A DNA stretch of 64,000 nt from the IMG/VR virus record IMGVR_UViG_3300046003_004989, positions 80,481 to 144,480 of that record. One strand, given 5' to 3'. Position 1 is the first letter of the stretch. The number at the start of each line of letters is the position of its first letter. The DNA comes from a virus. Below are positions 18,939 to 29,509 of the stretch, one piece after another. Both the position numbers and the translations under genes were made by a program. Under the pieces are notes generated by a model, which had not been told where the DNA came from, searched no databases, and saw nothing but the letters and a program-made list of their open reading frames with translations.

Positions 18939-20958
18939 AGATTAAGTAGTTGTCTATCTCAGAAGATAGTGCTTCTATAAGAACATCAATTGCCCAAACT
19001 TCATTTTCGAAAGATGTGAAAGATTCACCTAAAGCTTCTTTTCTTTTCTTAAGTTCAGCAATAGCTTTCTCTAGTTTTTCGACGTTAACAGAAGCTTGTT
19101 CTTTTCTTTTCGGATCTTCAATCTTAGAAACTGCTGCTTTAATTTTAGCAAGTTTATCTGCTTGAGGTTTTAAAACATCATCGATAGCTTTTATCTTCGC
19201 TTCTTTATCGCTAGGTTTTTCTTCCGATTGTTTGTTTTTCAACTTATCTTTTCTTTCAGCTTCAGCTTTTTTCTTATCTTGAGCTTTCTCGTACTCAACA
19301 GTTCCAGGAATTAAAGCTCCTTCAGAATCATCTTCTTTCTTATCTTCTTTCCCTTTAGGTTCTTCGGATTTTGAATCTTCTGTACTCTCAGATTCAGCTT
19401 TAGCCTTTTCTAATTTCTTAGGATCAGTTTCTTCTGCTGATTCTTCTCCACGTTTCTCAGCATCTTTCATCTGATCTTCGTGTTTCTTAAGAGCTTCTTG
19501 AGCTTTCTTAATTTGATCGTCAAGATTTTTCTTAGCTTCTGGACTAGGAATAAGTTTCATAAGTTGTTCAAGGAATTCAACTCTATTTCTGTTGCGTTCT
19601 TTCATAATGAATAACCAACAAAAGAAGTTTGCTTTCCCGAGTGCACCACCTACGAGTCCGTTCGTATTTTCTTTTTGAGATTTGATAGATTTATCAATAT
19701 CTTCGAGGAATGCTTCATATGATTTTTCAGCTTTATCAATTTGATCTCTTAAAGCTTGTTCTTTGTCTTGATCTTCAATTGCTTTATCTTCGGCAGATGT
19801 ATCATTATCTTCTTCTTTATAATCGTCAGGCATATCAGCTTCTTTAGCTTTATCAACAGCACTTTTAGCATCTGTTATTTGAGCCTTGATTACATCTTTT
19901 TTGTCTGGATCTGTTTCGTCTTTTAGAGAAGATTTAAGACTGTCAAGTTTGGACTTAGCAGCTTGAAGTTTTTCAAGATTAGCAGCTTTTGCTTTATCAT
20001 CTTCTGCTTTCTTATTAGTTTCTTTCTCTTTCTCTTTTCCGATTTCAGTATTGACTTCATCTTCTGCTTCTTTAGAATTTCCTTTAAGGTCATCTAATTC
20101 CTTTGCTAATACACCTTTATCGGATTTAGCACGTTCAATATTAGCCTTGATTTCTGCTTTCTTTTCAGAATCCTCTTCATTTTCATATTCATCTTGAAGC
20201 TTATGAATTTCTCTAATCTTAGTATGAAGTTCAGCTTTCTTGGTAATGATCGGCTCAAGATTTGCTAACCTTTCTTGTCTTTCATCGTCTTCTTCTGCTT
20301 TAGCTACTTTTTTATCGATAGCTAACTTTTCTTTATTCAATTCATCAATTGATTTAATGATTGCATCTGAAGCAATTTTATTATTAGGATCAGCCTTTTC
20401 GAGCTCTGTATTTTTAGCGATAATCTTGTCTTTAATCTCTTTCGCTTGAGCTCTTAATTTTTCAATCTCTTCATTTTTAGATTTACCTTTCTTTTCAGGT
20501 TTAGGCGCATCACCGTCTTTAGTTTCCGGTTTTTTAGTGTCATCACCTTTAAGACCAGGAGCTTCTAACTTTTGAGGTTTTATCATGTCCGGTTTCGGAG
20601 CTTCTTTAGGACCAGTAGAAGATGCATTTGAATCAGGAGCTTTAGAAGGAGCTTCTTTCTTTTTTACTACAGCTTTTTTATTAGTGTTTGTTGGAGTAGA
20701 TCTTTTCTGATTCTTATTCGGTTTTGATTGTCTTCTCTTTTGATTTTTGTTTGCTTCAACTAATTCAGCGTACATTGAATTTCCTTCAAAATCAAATTGA
20801 GATAGTTCTTCCATCAAATCTTCATATGAACAATCATCTGACATAGCAACCTCAAAATTTTCTGATATGCTAATCAAGAAATTCTCAAGGAGTTCTAAAA
20901 ATCTTTGTTCTTCGTATGATTCAAGAATGAACTGTTGTAGTTTGTTATTTTCCATCAT
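18931..20958 (-). CDS. Large K/E/D-rich coiled-coil protein, probable prohead core/internal protein
   Basis: Highly charged; adjacent to major capsid; FILES-type putative cleavage sites. Confidence 0.6.
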   Translation of the reverse strand: MMENNKLQQFILESYEEQRFLELLENFLISISENFEVAMSDDCSYEDLMEELSQFDFEGNSMYAELVEANKNQKRRQSKPNKNQKRSTPTNTNKKAVVKKKEAPSKAPDSNASSTGPKEAPKPDMIKPQKLEAPGLKGDDTKKPETKDGDAPKPEKKGKSKNEEIEKLRAQAKEIKDKIIAKNTELEKADPNNKIASDAIIKSIDELNKEKLAIDKKVAKAEEDDERQERLANLEPIITKKAELHTKIREIHKLQDEYENEEDSEKKAEIKANIERAKSDKGVLAKELDDLKGNSKEAEDEVNTEIGKEKEKETNKKAEDDKAKAANLEKLQAAKSKLDSLKSSLKDETDPDKKDVIKAQITDAKSAVDKAKEADMPDDYKEEDNDTSAEDKAIEDQDKEQALRDQIDKAEKSYEAFLEDIDKSIKSQKENTNGLVGGALGKANFFCWLFIMKERNRNRVEFLEQLMKLIPSPEAKKNLDDQIKKAQEALKKHEDQMKDAEKRGEESAEETDPKKLEKAKAESESTEDSKSEEPKGKEDKKEDDSEGALIPGTVEYEKAQDKKKAEAERKDKLKNKQSEEKPSDKEAKIKAIDDVLKPQADKLAKIKAAVSKIEDPKRKEQASVNVEKLEKAIAELKKRKEALGESFTSFENEVWAIDVLIEALSSEIDNYLIYG

Positions 20959-20966
20959 ATTTAGTA

Positions 20967-21539
20967 TTATTCGTCTCCAGGTTTTGAAGGTTTTTCCATC
21001 TCAGGACCTTCAGACATCGAAGGTATTTGAGCAGACATTTTAGGCATTTCTTTACCTGTCATTTCAGCGTATTGAGTTTTCAATTTAGCTAATTCCCCAA
21101 ACTGATCAAGTTTCTTCATTTCTAAAGCTTGTTCTTGTTTCAGAGATGACTTGATTTTACCTCTTTTAAAAAGGAATGCAATATATAATGCTGTTAGTGC
21201 AGCACCTACAACTAACCCTTTTGTTATTTTTTTGGCAGTACCTACAGTTGCGTTAACTGCACTGTCCCATTCTTCTGAACCAGTATTTTCTAGATGTCCT
21301 CCAGCTTCATTAAGTGATTCATTAAACGATTCATATAGGTATGTTAAAGTTGATTCGTTAACGTCTTCAATTGATTTGATTGATTCATTAATTCCATCAC
21401 CACTATGCAGTAGAATGAAATTTACGATATCTTCAAATTCCTGTTTTGCAGGAGAGTGATTGTAGGCGTTACAAAGCTTTCTATATTCTTTCAATTCGTC
21501 TTGAATTCGAAGAACATTCATTGGCAATATAAAACTCAT
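20967..21539 (-). CDS. Hypothetical virion protein with multiple NES/NEA sites and one hydrophobic helix
   Basis: INES, VNES, FNES, LNEA; late promoter motif at 21573-21581. Confidence 0.65.
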   Translation of the reverse strand: MSFILPMNVLRIQDELKEYRKLCNAYNHSPAKQEFEDIVNFILLHSGDGINESIKSIEDVNESTLTYLYESFNESLNEAGGHLENTGSEEWDSAVNATVGTAKKITKGLVVGAALTALYIAFLFKRGKIKSSLKQEQALEMKKLDQFGELAKLKTQYAEMTGKEMPKMSAQIPSMSEGPEMEKPSKPGDE

Positions 21540-21599
21540 AGTTATTGTATGTTGTTAGTCTTTACGATTTAATTATATATCCTCAGCTTAAAGGTCGGC

Positions 21600-21630
21600 A
21601 AAAAAAAAGCTCTTCCGAAGAAGAGCTTTT
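21600..21630 (-). terminator. Terminator after major capsid gene
   Basis: AAAAGCTCTTC-TTCG-GAAGAGCTTTTTTTT on minus strand. Confidence 0.85.
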
Positions 21631-21651
21631 GTATGGGTTGGTTGTATAAGA

Positions 21652-23262
21652 TTATACTAAAGAACCTAAGTTTGGATGCATGAAAACACCTGAAGTTAAG
21701 TACATAGTTTCTGGGTGGAAACCAGCTTCTACTAAAGCATAACGAGATTTAACCGCAACTTTAGGAGCCATAGTACCTTCAGCAATTGTTTGTACGCTTT
21801 CAGCCATTAAGTAAGGCATGAATACTAAACCAGGAGAATTACCATCACCTTTACGTCCTACCAAGAAACGTGTATCACCCCAAGCCATGTTAGGATCGTT
21901 GTAGATCGCTAGACCAGCAAGAGTACCGATTGGGTAAAGTGAACCAGACATTTGGTTGATAGTGTTTGCCATTGGAGCAGGTACGAAACCAGCAACGTCT
22001 TGAAGAGCAGAACATACTTGACCGTTAGTTACAACGAAAGTAGCTGGTCCACGACGACCTCTAATAGCAATAAGGTTAGCGATAGCTAATACCTTAGACA
22101 TGATTTTTCTTTGACGAGTTGACATGTTCTCTGAAGCAGAGTTAAGTACCTCATTTTTAACAGCTGTAGCACCTGTAAGTGTAGAGTTGTATAAGTAAGA
22201 TCCGAAGTTAGTCAACGGGTTAGTTGTAGTACCAGAAACTAATACGTCAGTAGCACCAATATTCAAGAAGAAGTTGATTGCTTGTGACTTAATTACGTTA
22301 GCGTGGTTAGTTTCACCTAAGAAGAATAATCTAGTTAAGATGTTTTTGTTGATTGATTGAGTCAATTCGTTAATCAATACTGATTCTACTTGAGATACAG
22401 CATCTACTCCGAATTGTTTCAAATCTTGAACTTGCTCACGAGTTACAGCAGCAGCAACTTGGAAAGTTTTAGCTTCTACTGATTTGTTGAACAATGAAAG
22501 GTTCATGATGTTATCCATCGTACCTTCACCAGTTTCTCTTGAGTAAGGATCGTTGATTGTTTCGTTTGTTGGATAAGAAGCAGCAGCAAGAGCATTACCA
22601 GAGAATCCAGTGATGTGATCTTCAAGAGCTTTTACTAATTCAACAGAAGTAAATGATGTTGCAGTAACACCACCGATAAGAATACCAGAGATTGCAGCAG
22701 CAACAGTTGCAGTACCTGTAGTACCAGCTACTTTGAAGATTGGGTAACCATCAAGACGTGATCCACCGATGTAAGTAAATGTGTAACCAGCAGATGAACC
22801 AACAGCACCAGCAGTAAAGCCAGGTGATGGAGTAGCACCGTAGTTTAATTTAATTAAAAGTGGAGCATTACCTAAAGTACCAGCAGTTTTACCACCACCG
22901 TATACGAAGTCTAAATAAGTAAGAACACCCATTGGACCAGGCATTGGTACAACTGGAACTAAGTCAAGACCAATTGTTTGAGCAGCAACTTGCATAGCAA
23001 GAGGCAATAATGTGTGTGCTTTGTCACCTGAACCAGTCGTTTGGCTATCAAAACCAGACTGAGTAGTCGGAGAATCAGGGAAACGGGTAGCACCCATACC
23101 GTTAACAGCGCCTAATTGAGCTAAGTTGTTGTTTTCGTACAATTCATGGTAATGACAGTATTTAGACATCCACTCAACTTTAGAACGCTCAGTGATTCCA
23201 GTATTAGACTCTACGATAGAAGCCCATTTACCAAAAATTTCTTGTTCGTTAATAAGATACAT
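21652..23262 (-). CDS. gp23: Major capsid protein
   Basis: DLVPVVPMPGPMG, VEAKT, EQVQDLK..GVDA...LINELTQSINK, VFMPY, PKVAVKSRYAL. Confidence 0.95.
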   Translation of the reverse strand: MYLINEQEIFGKWASIVESNTGITERSKVEWMSKYCHYHELYENNNLAQLGAVNGMGATRFPDSPTTQSGFDSQTTGSGDKAHTLLPLAMQVAAQTIGLDLVPVVPMPGPMGVLTYLDFVYGGGKTAGTLGNAPLLIKLNYGATPSPGFTAGAVGSSAGYTFTYIGGSRLDGYPIFKVAGTTGTATVAAAISGILIGGVTATSFTSVELVKALEDHITGFSGNALAAASYPTNETINDPYSRETGEGTMDNIMNLSLFNKSVEAKTFQVAAAVTREQVQDLKQFGVDAVSQVESVLINELTQSINKNILTRLFFLGETNHANVIKSQAINFFLNIGATDVLVSGTTTNPLTNFGSYLYNSTLTGATAVKNEVLNSASENMSTRQRKIMSKVLAIANLIAIRGRRGPATFVVTNGQVCSALQDVAGFVPAPMANTINQMSGSLYPIGTLAGLAIYNDPNMAWGDTRFLVGRKGDGNSPGLVFMPYLMAESVQTIAEGTMAPKVAVKSRYALVEAGFHPETMYLTSGVFMHPNLGSLV

Positions 23263-23342
23263 TTTGTGTATTTTGTTTTTTATTTGAGTTATGCTTCTGC
23301 TTTTTGTGTTTTAGCAGATTTTGCATTTTGTTTTATTATTGA

Positions 23343-23351
23343 TTATATATC
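23343..23351 (-). promoter_or_regulatory. Late promoter GATATATAA (representative; upstream of major capsid)
   Basis: Same motif or variants at 1980, 4472, 7291, 21573, 25352, 27023, 28664, 34948, 35918, 56612, 61042, 63803; analogous to T4 TATAAATA. Confidence 0.75.
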
Positions 23352-23428
23352 AGGGAGACTGAGATATTTTTTCTAGAAGTCAAACTAGCCAATTAAGACT
23401 AGTTTGCTTTAAATTATAATGTGATAGA

Positions 23429-25333
23429 TTAGTAGCCTCTACCGAAACGTTTTTTAAGACCTGCATGAACAGCTTCCATATAAGCGTCTGGAGTTTGATA
23501 TGCTGCTGTTTCATTAATAGGAGCAGAAGCATTTTCATTGATAGGTGCATCTAATTTAGAAGGACGTAAATCTCTTGTAGACCAGAAGTTATCAACTGCA
23601 TATTGATTATCTAAAACTTTCACAGAAGCTTGAGCTTTGATAGCATTCTTTTGTGATTCGTTAAGACCATTCCAAGATTCTTTGTATTTAGCTGGCATAT
23701 TAGTCAACCAATTGAAAGATGGAGCAGCAATAATAAATGCTGATTCATAAAGTCTTTCAGCATCTACTGAACCATAGAATTTATTGTTTTCAAAGATAGT
23801 GATTACTTCGTCTTTCTTTTCAGGTGTTAAAGAAGCAAATTGATTTCTTTTAGTTTCAGTTAAGAAGTTTAAGAAATGTAATTTGTTAGAGTTATTAGCT
23901 TCATTTACTGCTTTAGCTGATTCTAAAATAGAATTCAATTTATCAGTAAGATTTTTCTCATAATTATCAGAACCTGCATCAATAGTAACATCGATTGCGG
24001 CTGGAGTAGCAGTAGGTTCAGAACCTTCATTTACTGGTTCAGCATTTGCATCAATAACAACTTTACCTTCATTGATTTCTTTAACGATGTGATTTAAGTA
24101 ACCGCTTAAGTTTTCTGTTTGTTCTTTCAAATATTCAGTGTATTCAATGATAGATGATGTACCTTCAACGATATAATCGTTATGAGAAATTACGTTATCT
24201 AATTGTTCATTGATATGATTTTGATAAGACCAACGGTTATTAGATTCGTTAGCTACATATTTAGTGAATTCAATACCTTGATCAGCTTTTTCAGCTACAA
24301 CTTTAGTATATTCAATTCCTTCATCAGCTTTCTTAGCTACAACTTTAGTGTATTCGATTAAGTGGTCAACTGATTCAGCAAGTTTTTCTGAATAGTTAAT
24401 TCCTTGATTAGATCTTTCACCAACAAGTTCAGCGTAATTTTTAACTTTCTCTAGGTTTTCGATGATGTAGTCATTATGTGAAATAAGACCATCAACAGAC
24501 TCAGCAAGTTTTCCAATGTATTCTTGAATTTGGTTAACTCTTTTAGCTGTTTCTTCAGTGTACTTAACAAGTCCTTCATTTACAGAAGTATTGTTATTTG
24601 CATTTTGGGATTCAGTTAAAGCTTTTTTAAGATTGTCAACCTCATTTTTTACATGTTTTGAGTACTCATTAAAGTCTTCAACTGTAATGTATTTTTTAGA
24701 ATCCATTTCGTTGATTTTTGTTTCTTTGTTTGATTCAGTATATTTATCTTCTTCCGTAGATTTGATAGTAGACTCATCCAATGTGAAGTCAGTTTCATAG
24801 ATAGAAATTAGGCTATCTTCACCGAAACCGAAAGATTCATTTACTCTTTTTAATTCAGCATTAGCAAATCCGGGATCTGCTACTAAATCGTAAGTAAACA
24901 TTTTTTTGATCTTAACATGTCCATTAGATTCAACAACACCTGCTGCTCTAGATGAAATATGAAGTGGAACTCCAGCATCAACTAATGCCATAGCTTGTTT
25001 ACCTGCATCTGTATTAAGAAGTCTAATACGACCAGTTACTTTTTTAGATTTTGGATCGTATGAAAGGTCCTCAATGATATGAGAAGCATTTTTTAGGGAG
25101 ATGTCAAAAGACTTAGGATGGTCAAGTTCACCAAGAAGTTTATTACCTTGCAATTTAGCTTGGAGTTCTTGGATGTGAGGCATTAACTCTTTTTCGTCGT
25201 AGATTCTATTGTTTTTGTTTCTAACGCCGATTTCAGTAAATGTACCTTCTAGCACATACTTATCTCCGTCTTTAGAAGATTGAAGATTCCCTTCGGATCT
25301 TTCTAATACGAGTAGATATTTGTTATTGCTCAT
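23429..25333 (-). CDS. gp21: Prohead protease (gp21) fused to scaffold (gp22-like)
   Basis: LEGTF..RNKNNRIY, LGELDHP, ASH, ISSRAAG, YDLVADPG; long helical C-terminal region. Confidence 0.9.
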   Translation of the reverse strand: MSNNKYLLVLERSEGNLQSSKDGDKYVLEGTFTEIGVRNKNNRIYDEKELMPHIQELQAKLQGNKLLGELDHPKSFDISLKNASHIIEDLSYDPKSKKVTGRIRLLNTDAGKQAMALVDAGVPLHISSRAAGVVESNGHVKIKKMFTYDLVADPGFANAELKRVNESFGFGEDSLISIYETDFTLDESTIKSTEEDKYTESNKETKINEMDSKKYITVEDFNEYSKHVKNEVDNLKKALTESQNANNNTSVNEGLVKYTEETAKRVNQIQEYIGKLAESVDGLISHNDYIIENLEKVKNYAELVGERSNQGINYSEKLAESVDHLIEYTKVVAKKADEGIEYTKVVAEKADQGIEFTKYVANESNNRWSYQNHINEQLDNVISHNDYIVEGTSSIIEYTEYLKEQTENLSGYLNHIVKEINEGKVVIDANAEPVNEGSEPTATPAAIDVTIDAGSDNYEKNLTDKLNSILESAKAVNEANNSNKLHFLNFLTETKRNQFASLTPEKKDEVITIFENNKFYGSVDAERLYESAFIIAAPSFNWLTNMPAKYKESWNGLNESQKNAIKAQASVKVLDNQYAVDNFWSTRDLRPSKLDAPINENASAPINETAAYQTPDAYMEAVHAGLKKRFGRGY

Positions 25334-25386
25334 TTGGGCTACTATTTTTTATTATATATCAATGGTATAAAGGAATTGTTTGACTA

Positions 25387-27000
25387 TTACATACCCGTAA
25401 CTTCAGCATCTTTCTTAGCTGCTTCACGTTTTGCTTCGTCTTCTAATTCTTTTAATTTTTTGTTTAATCTTAGATCTTCTGCTGATAAACCGAGGAATCT
25501 TTGTATCAAGAATTCGGATGAGAAGTATTTAATTTCGTTCATATTAGCATCTGTTTCAACTAGACCATCTTTCATAGATTGTACGAAGTCTAATCGTTTT
25601 TGTAAGATTTCTATCTCTTTCATTTCTTCGAAGATATTGTATCTGTGATATTTGATACCAATTTGTGCTTTGAATGCATCATCTTCTTTTAATTCAGGGA
25701 AGTCAAGACACATCTGAATCCAAAGAGGTTTAACAAGAATTTCTTGGAAAACTGAACGAAGACGAGTAACAAAACGACCGAATTTAATTTCATCTCGAGT
25801 CATACCTTCGGCATTCATCTCCCATGAAGGAGGTGATTCCATATCAAAACGAGAAAGAGGAATTTTAGATACTTTGATTAACTTCTCACGGAAGTATTTA
25901 AGTGCATCAGTATCAGACAAGTCTGGACCATCATTACCAATTGTTTCAATTGTTGGTTCACCTGCATCACCTGAAGGAAACCAATATTCTTTATTGAACG
26001 GCATCATCGCTTTACCATTAACTTTCAATTCACCTGAATCGGTATCGAAGTCAATTTGTTCACGGTAGTTTTGCATCAAAACACCAAGAGATTGTTTTGC
26101 TCTAGTTTTTGATTTACCACCGACTGGTATAACGAATTTAGTTTTGAATGATGCATTTACTGTTGCCCAAATAACTCTTGAGTGCTCCATAATTCGGAGT
26201 AAGTTAAATGAACGGATAAGACGCTCAACATAAGAAACACGATTAACTGTGTTAACGTTGGCATATGATATGTAAATTACTTGAGAATCGTAAATTACAC
26301 GTTCTTTATTAGGTTGACCTTTGAACTGTTTCCAAAGTTTTTTACCTTCTTTGTCAAGACCTGGCTCTAATGAGATAGGATCTAATTCTTTGAAACCGAT
26401 AATTCTGGTTTGCTCTTTATTATAAATTATCTCAAATGCGAGATAACCATCAACTAACCATTTTCTAAAGTATGACCAAGCTGCGATATCATTATTGAAT
26501 CCGAAGTATTGGTAAACTCTTTTAAAGTTAGTCTCTAATGCGATTTTTATTGCTTCTAATGTGCCAGGTTCTAATGTTTCATCATCAAATGCTAGCGGAT
26601 AACAAAAATAATTTTTATCATCAAATACAATACACTCATCACACAGAGTGTCTAGAATATCTTCAATTTCATCTTGTATAGCGAATTTACGAAGGTCTTC
26701 TCGTTTCTTTGGATATGATTTATCAAAAATTGAAATTGATTTTCTTAAATTGATATCTGTCATTGATAGGTTTGCAAATAGAGCATAATCGTCATATTCA
26801 CCACCTGCAACGTTTCTTGGATCCATTGTCCAACCGTAACGATCTTCGTTTATACCAATAGCCTTAGAGTTCTTCAACACCATATCGTCATACATCATAC
26901 CGAATGATGATAACGACTTAAGAGCTTTACTAACGAGGTTTCTAGATGCTGGATTTGGTTTTCCAGCTGAAGTTTCGTCTCTGTTTACGAATCCTGCCAT
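25387..27000 (-). CDS. gp20: Portal protein
   Basis: FRKWLVDG, LRIMEHS..IW, EYWFP..G...IETI, YFREKL...KIPLSR, TRDEIKFGRFVTRLR. Confidence 0.95.
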   Translation of the reverse strand: MAGFVNRDETSAGKPNPASRNLVSKALKSLSSFGMMYDDMVLKNSKAIGINEDRYGWTMDPRNVAGGEYDDYALFANLSMTDINLRKSISIFDKSYPKKREDLRKFAIQDEIEDILDTLCDECIVFDDKNYFCYPLAFDDETLEPGTLEAIKIALETNFKRVYQYFGFNNDIAAWSYFRKWLVDGYLAFEIIYNKEQTRIIGFKELDPISLEPGLDKEGKKLWKQFKGQPNKERVIYDSQVIYISYANVNTVNRVSYVERLIRSFNLLRIMEHSRVIWATVNASFKTKFVIPVGGKSKTRAKQSLGVLMQNYREQIDFDTDSGELKVNGKAMMPFNKEYWFPSGDAGEPTIETIGNDGPDLSDTDALKYFREKLIKVSKIPLSRFDMESPPSWEMNAEGMTRDEIKFGRFVTRLRSVFQEILVKPLWIQMCLDFPELKEDDAFKAQIGIKYHRYNIFEEMKEIEILQKRLDFVQSMKDGLVETDANMNEIKYFSSEFLIQRFLGLSAEDLRLNKKLKELEDEAKREAAKKDAEVTGM

Positions 27001-27041
27001 GTTTTTATATTTTGAGTTATAGTATATATCCGATCTAAAAA

Positions 27042-27791
27042 TCAGTTATCGAACTTATATTTACCTTTCATTTTTGCTGCATCTCGCTTTAAACGAGCTT
27101 CTCCTCTATTATCCCTTTGATATTGTACATGAAGTTTAAAACTTTCATAAATATTTTGTAACGAATAATAAGGATTGTTTATTTGAAGTTCTGGGAATAT
27201 TTTAGGCTGATCTAATTTAACAGCTTTGTCCCAATCTTCATAACAAATACACACCTTTGGTGTTTGCATTCTACTAGGAATGTATTGTCTTAAAGCGAAA
27301 GAAAATCCTAGCGTATCTAAAGCAGTTTTTAAATTATATAGATCCATCACTACAGATTTCTGTTCTATGGCTTTATTACTACTTTTCACAATAGCTGCTT
27401 TATAACTTGCAGCATACATCTTACGTATTTGTTCTACGATAAATTTTCTTGCTTCTGGTGGATACCAACTAATATTAAGTCCTAAACAATTTTTACCGTT
27501 TGCTCCTTGAACGTTACCTAGAGCTAGAACAATAGGATGTTGGTCCCAGTAGTCTAATTCGTTTTTGTAAAGTGGAGTGTATTTAAAGACGTATATTTTG
27601 CCAGGTTCTAAATATGGCTGTTTAACTTGTTGAACTCTCGTACTATTCTTGTTTTCAATTTCCGACATCAACCAAGCATAAGCATCTTTAGCATCCTTAG
27701 TAGTCTTTTCATCTTCCTTAGATGTAGGAGCAGATGATTGTAATGTGAGGAGTTTAATTACTTCCCCTAAAAAGTCTAATAGTGATTTCAT
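27042..27791 (-). CDS. gp2: DNA end protector (gp2-like)
   Basis: PGKIYVFKY.P..K..LDYWDQHP.V...GLNISWYPP. Confidence 0.8.
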   Translation of the reverse strand: MKSLLDFLGEVIKLLTLQSSAPTSKEDEKTTKDAKDAYAWLMSEIENKNSTRVQQVKQPYLEPGKIYVFKYTPLYKNELDYWDQHPIVLALGNVQGANGKNCLGLNISWYPPEARKFIVEQIRKMYAASYKAAIVKSSNKAIEQKSVVMDLYNLKTALDTLGFSFALRQYIPSRMQTPKVCICYEDWDKAVKLDQPKIFPELQINNPYYSLQNIYESFKLHVQYQRDNRGEARLKRDAAKMKGKYKFDN

Positions 27792-28270
27792 TATTCAGTT
27801 TTAACTTTAAAGAAGTCTTCTGTTACTAGTAAGAATTGCCAACCTTTGGCTTTTGCAAATTCTTCAGCTGCTGATTTCTTACACATATTAGTGACCCATG
27901 TTTCATAAGCCCATTTGTAAGATTTCATAGACTTTTCAGTTTTTCGTTTAGGTGGTTCGGGTTTAAGCAATTGAGCTTTAGGTTTTACCTCTACGATATA
28001 GACTGATCCATTTTTAAGACTGACAAGATAATCAGGAAAGTAGTTATGATATTTATTGTCCAAAGGACTAAAATACTTAATGGAAAAAGATTCCGAAGAC
28101 CATGAAACGATCTCCGGATTCCTTTCGCAGTATAAGCAAAATTTTCTTTCCCATGAGGAACGATATATGATAGGACCGTTTCCTCTATACTTTTTGCATT
28201 CATTAATAGGGAAATATCCCTGAATAAACCCCGACTTTTTAGACGGTTTGTTACTTTTTATTGAATGCAT
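27791..28270 (-). CDS. gp4: Head completion nuclease (gp4-like, TnsA-type)
   Basis: KY.G..PIIYRSSWERKF..YC..NP.I..WSSE, YFPDY, VEVKP. Confidence 0.9.
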   Translation of the reverse strand: MHSIKSNKPSKKSGFIQGYFPINECKKYRGNGPIIYRSSWERKFCLYCERNPEIVSWSSESFSIKYFSPLDNKYHNYFPDYLVSLKNGSVYIVEVKPKAQLLKPEPPKRKTEKSMKSYKWAYETWVTNMCKKSAAEEFAKAKGWQFLLVTEDFFKVKTE

Positions 28271-28288
28271 ACATTGACTTTTTAAATG

Positions 28289-28642
28289 TTATTCTTCGTC
28301 TTCGTCTTCAGTAGAAGCACCTTCTTGAACTTGTGCGATTCCACCTTTACCGATCAAAGCAGAAATTTCTTCTTCTGTGAATTGAACGTCATTAGCTTTG
28401 TCTTCACCATTAAAGATATAAACACCATTAGTAACACCTTGATAGATCATATCTGTATGTTTGTCAGCATCAACAGTTAAAACGTACTCTTTACCAGGAG
28501 TAAGATCTGCAACAGTTGCAAGAGCTCCACCTACTGGATCAGCATCCGTTGTGTTAGTTGGGTTGAATCCGTCAGCATCATTAGCTTCTTGAACGTTATA
28601 ATGTTCGTTTACGAATTCATCAAATGATAGTAAATTTTTCAT
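28289..28642 (-). CDS. Hypothetical, CTS-like leader
   Basis: MKNLLSFDEFVNEH. Confidence 0.7.
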   Translation of the reverse strand: MKNLLSFDEFVNEHYNVQEANDADGFNPTNTTDADPVGGALATVADLTPGKEYVLTVDADKHTDMIYQGVTNGVYIFNGEDKANDVQFTEEEISALIGKGGIAQVQEGASTEDEDEE

Positions 28643-28693
28643 TTTAGTAATTTTTCTTTTTTATATTTATCTCAGAACATACTGAGAGGTTTG

Positions 28694-29509
28694 TTAGTAT
28701 ACTGGATGACTACCAGCAGAAGCTGAATCAGTCGAATTCGTATATCCTTTAGTGTTTACATTTTGATCAGGTCCAGATGTAGGAGTGAGAGTACCCGTAC
28801 CTACCATCGTAGCTTCTTCCTCTAATTTCTTACCTTGGTCATCTGTTAGAGGTTTATCTCTAAGAACTTTGTTTATTTCTACAAAGAATTGAGATTCTTC
28901 TGGTGTTAGATTAGCTTTAACATATTTGGAAATATCTCTCATAATTTTTGAGCGCATATTATTGTTAGTTTTAATCTTTTCGTAAGATGAACCTTTCTTA
29001 AAAGTACCGTCAATGTAAGGATATTTTTGAAGGTCCGCTAGTAGAGAATTTAATTTTGCGTCTGCATTAAATTTAGCAGCTATATTTTCTGCTTCATCTC
29101 TCATTTTAGCATAAGCTTTATCAGATTTTATCTTTGAAAGTTTAGCAACAATGGATTGTCTCCAATTAGAAAAAATATAACCTGCAATAATCAGACCACC
29201 TCCAGCTAAAGCAGCTCCAGCTTTAATTAGATCTGCTGCAAGAATACCTTTTGTTACTTCCCACCATTGCAAATCCTCATTAATCATTTCATCAACTACA
29301 ATTTCTTGAGATTCACATATATGAATTGTTCCTTTATTATCACGGAATTGAACTCTTCCGTTTGAAGTTTCTTTTGATACGATTACACCAGAAAATCCAT
29401 CCAAAGATGTAACATAATCACCGACTTCTAATTGACATCCGTCAAATGAATATACAGGACTAGGATAATTTTCGTTTAGGTATTGATCGTAAGATGGTAG
29501 ATTTTTCAT
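28694..29509 (-). CDS. Hypothetical, CTS-like leader, one TM helix
   Basis: MKNLPSYDQYLNEN. Confidence 0.7.
   Translation of the reverse strand: MKNLPSYDQYLNENYPSPVYSFDGCQLEVGDYVTSLDGFSGVIVSKETSNGRVQFRDNKGTIHICESQEIVVDEMINEDLQWWEVTKGILAADLIKAGAALAGGGLIIAGYIFSNWRQSIVAKLSKIKSDKAYAKMRDEAENIAAKFNADAKLNSLLADLQKYPYIDGTFKKGSSYEKIKTNNNMRSKIMRDISKYVKANLTPEESQFFVEINKVLRDKPLTDDQGKKLEEEATMVGTGTLTPTSGPDQNVNTKGYTNSTDSASAGSHPVY

Noticed and set aside
18931-20958. Tape measure protein
   Set aside because: K/E/D-rich without the Ala/Gly amphipathic repeats, too short, and located in the head module
27791-28270. TnsA-like endonuclease as a sign of a Tn7 transposon
   Set aside because: It is the T4 gp4 head-completion homologue beside gp2 and portal; no other transposon genes or ends are present
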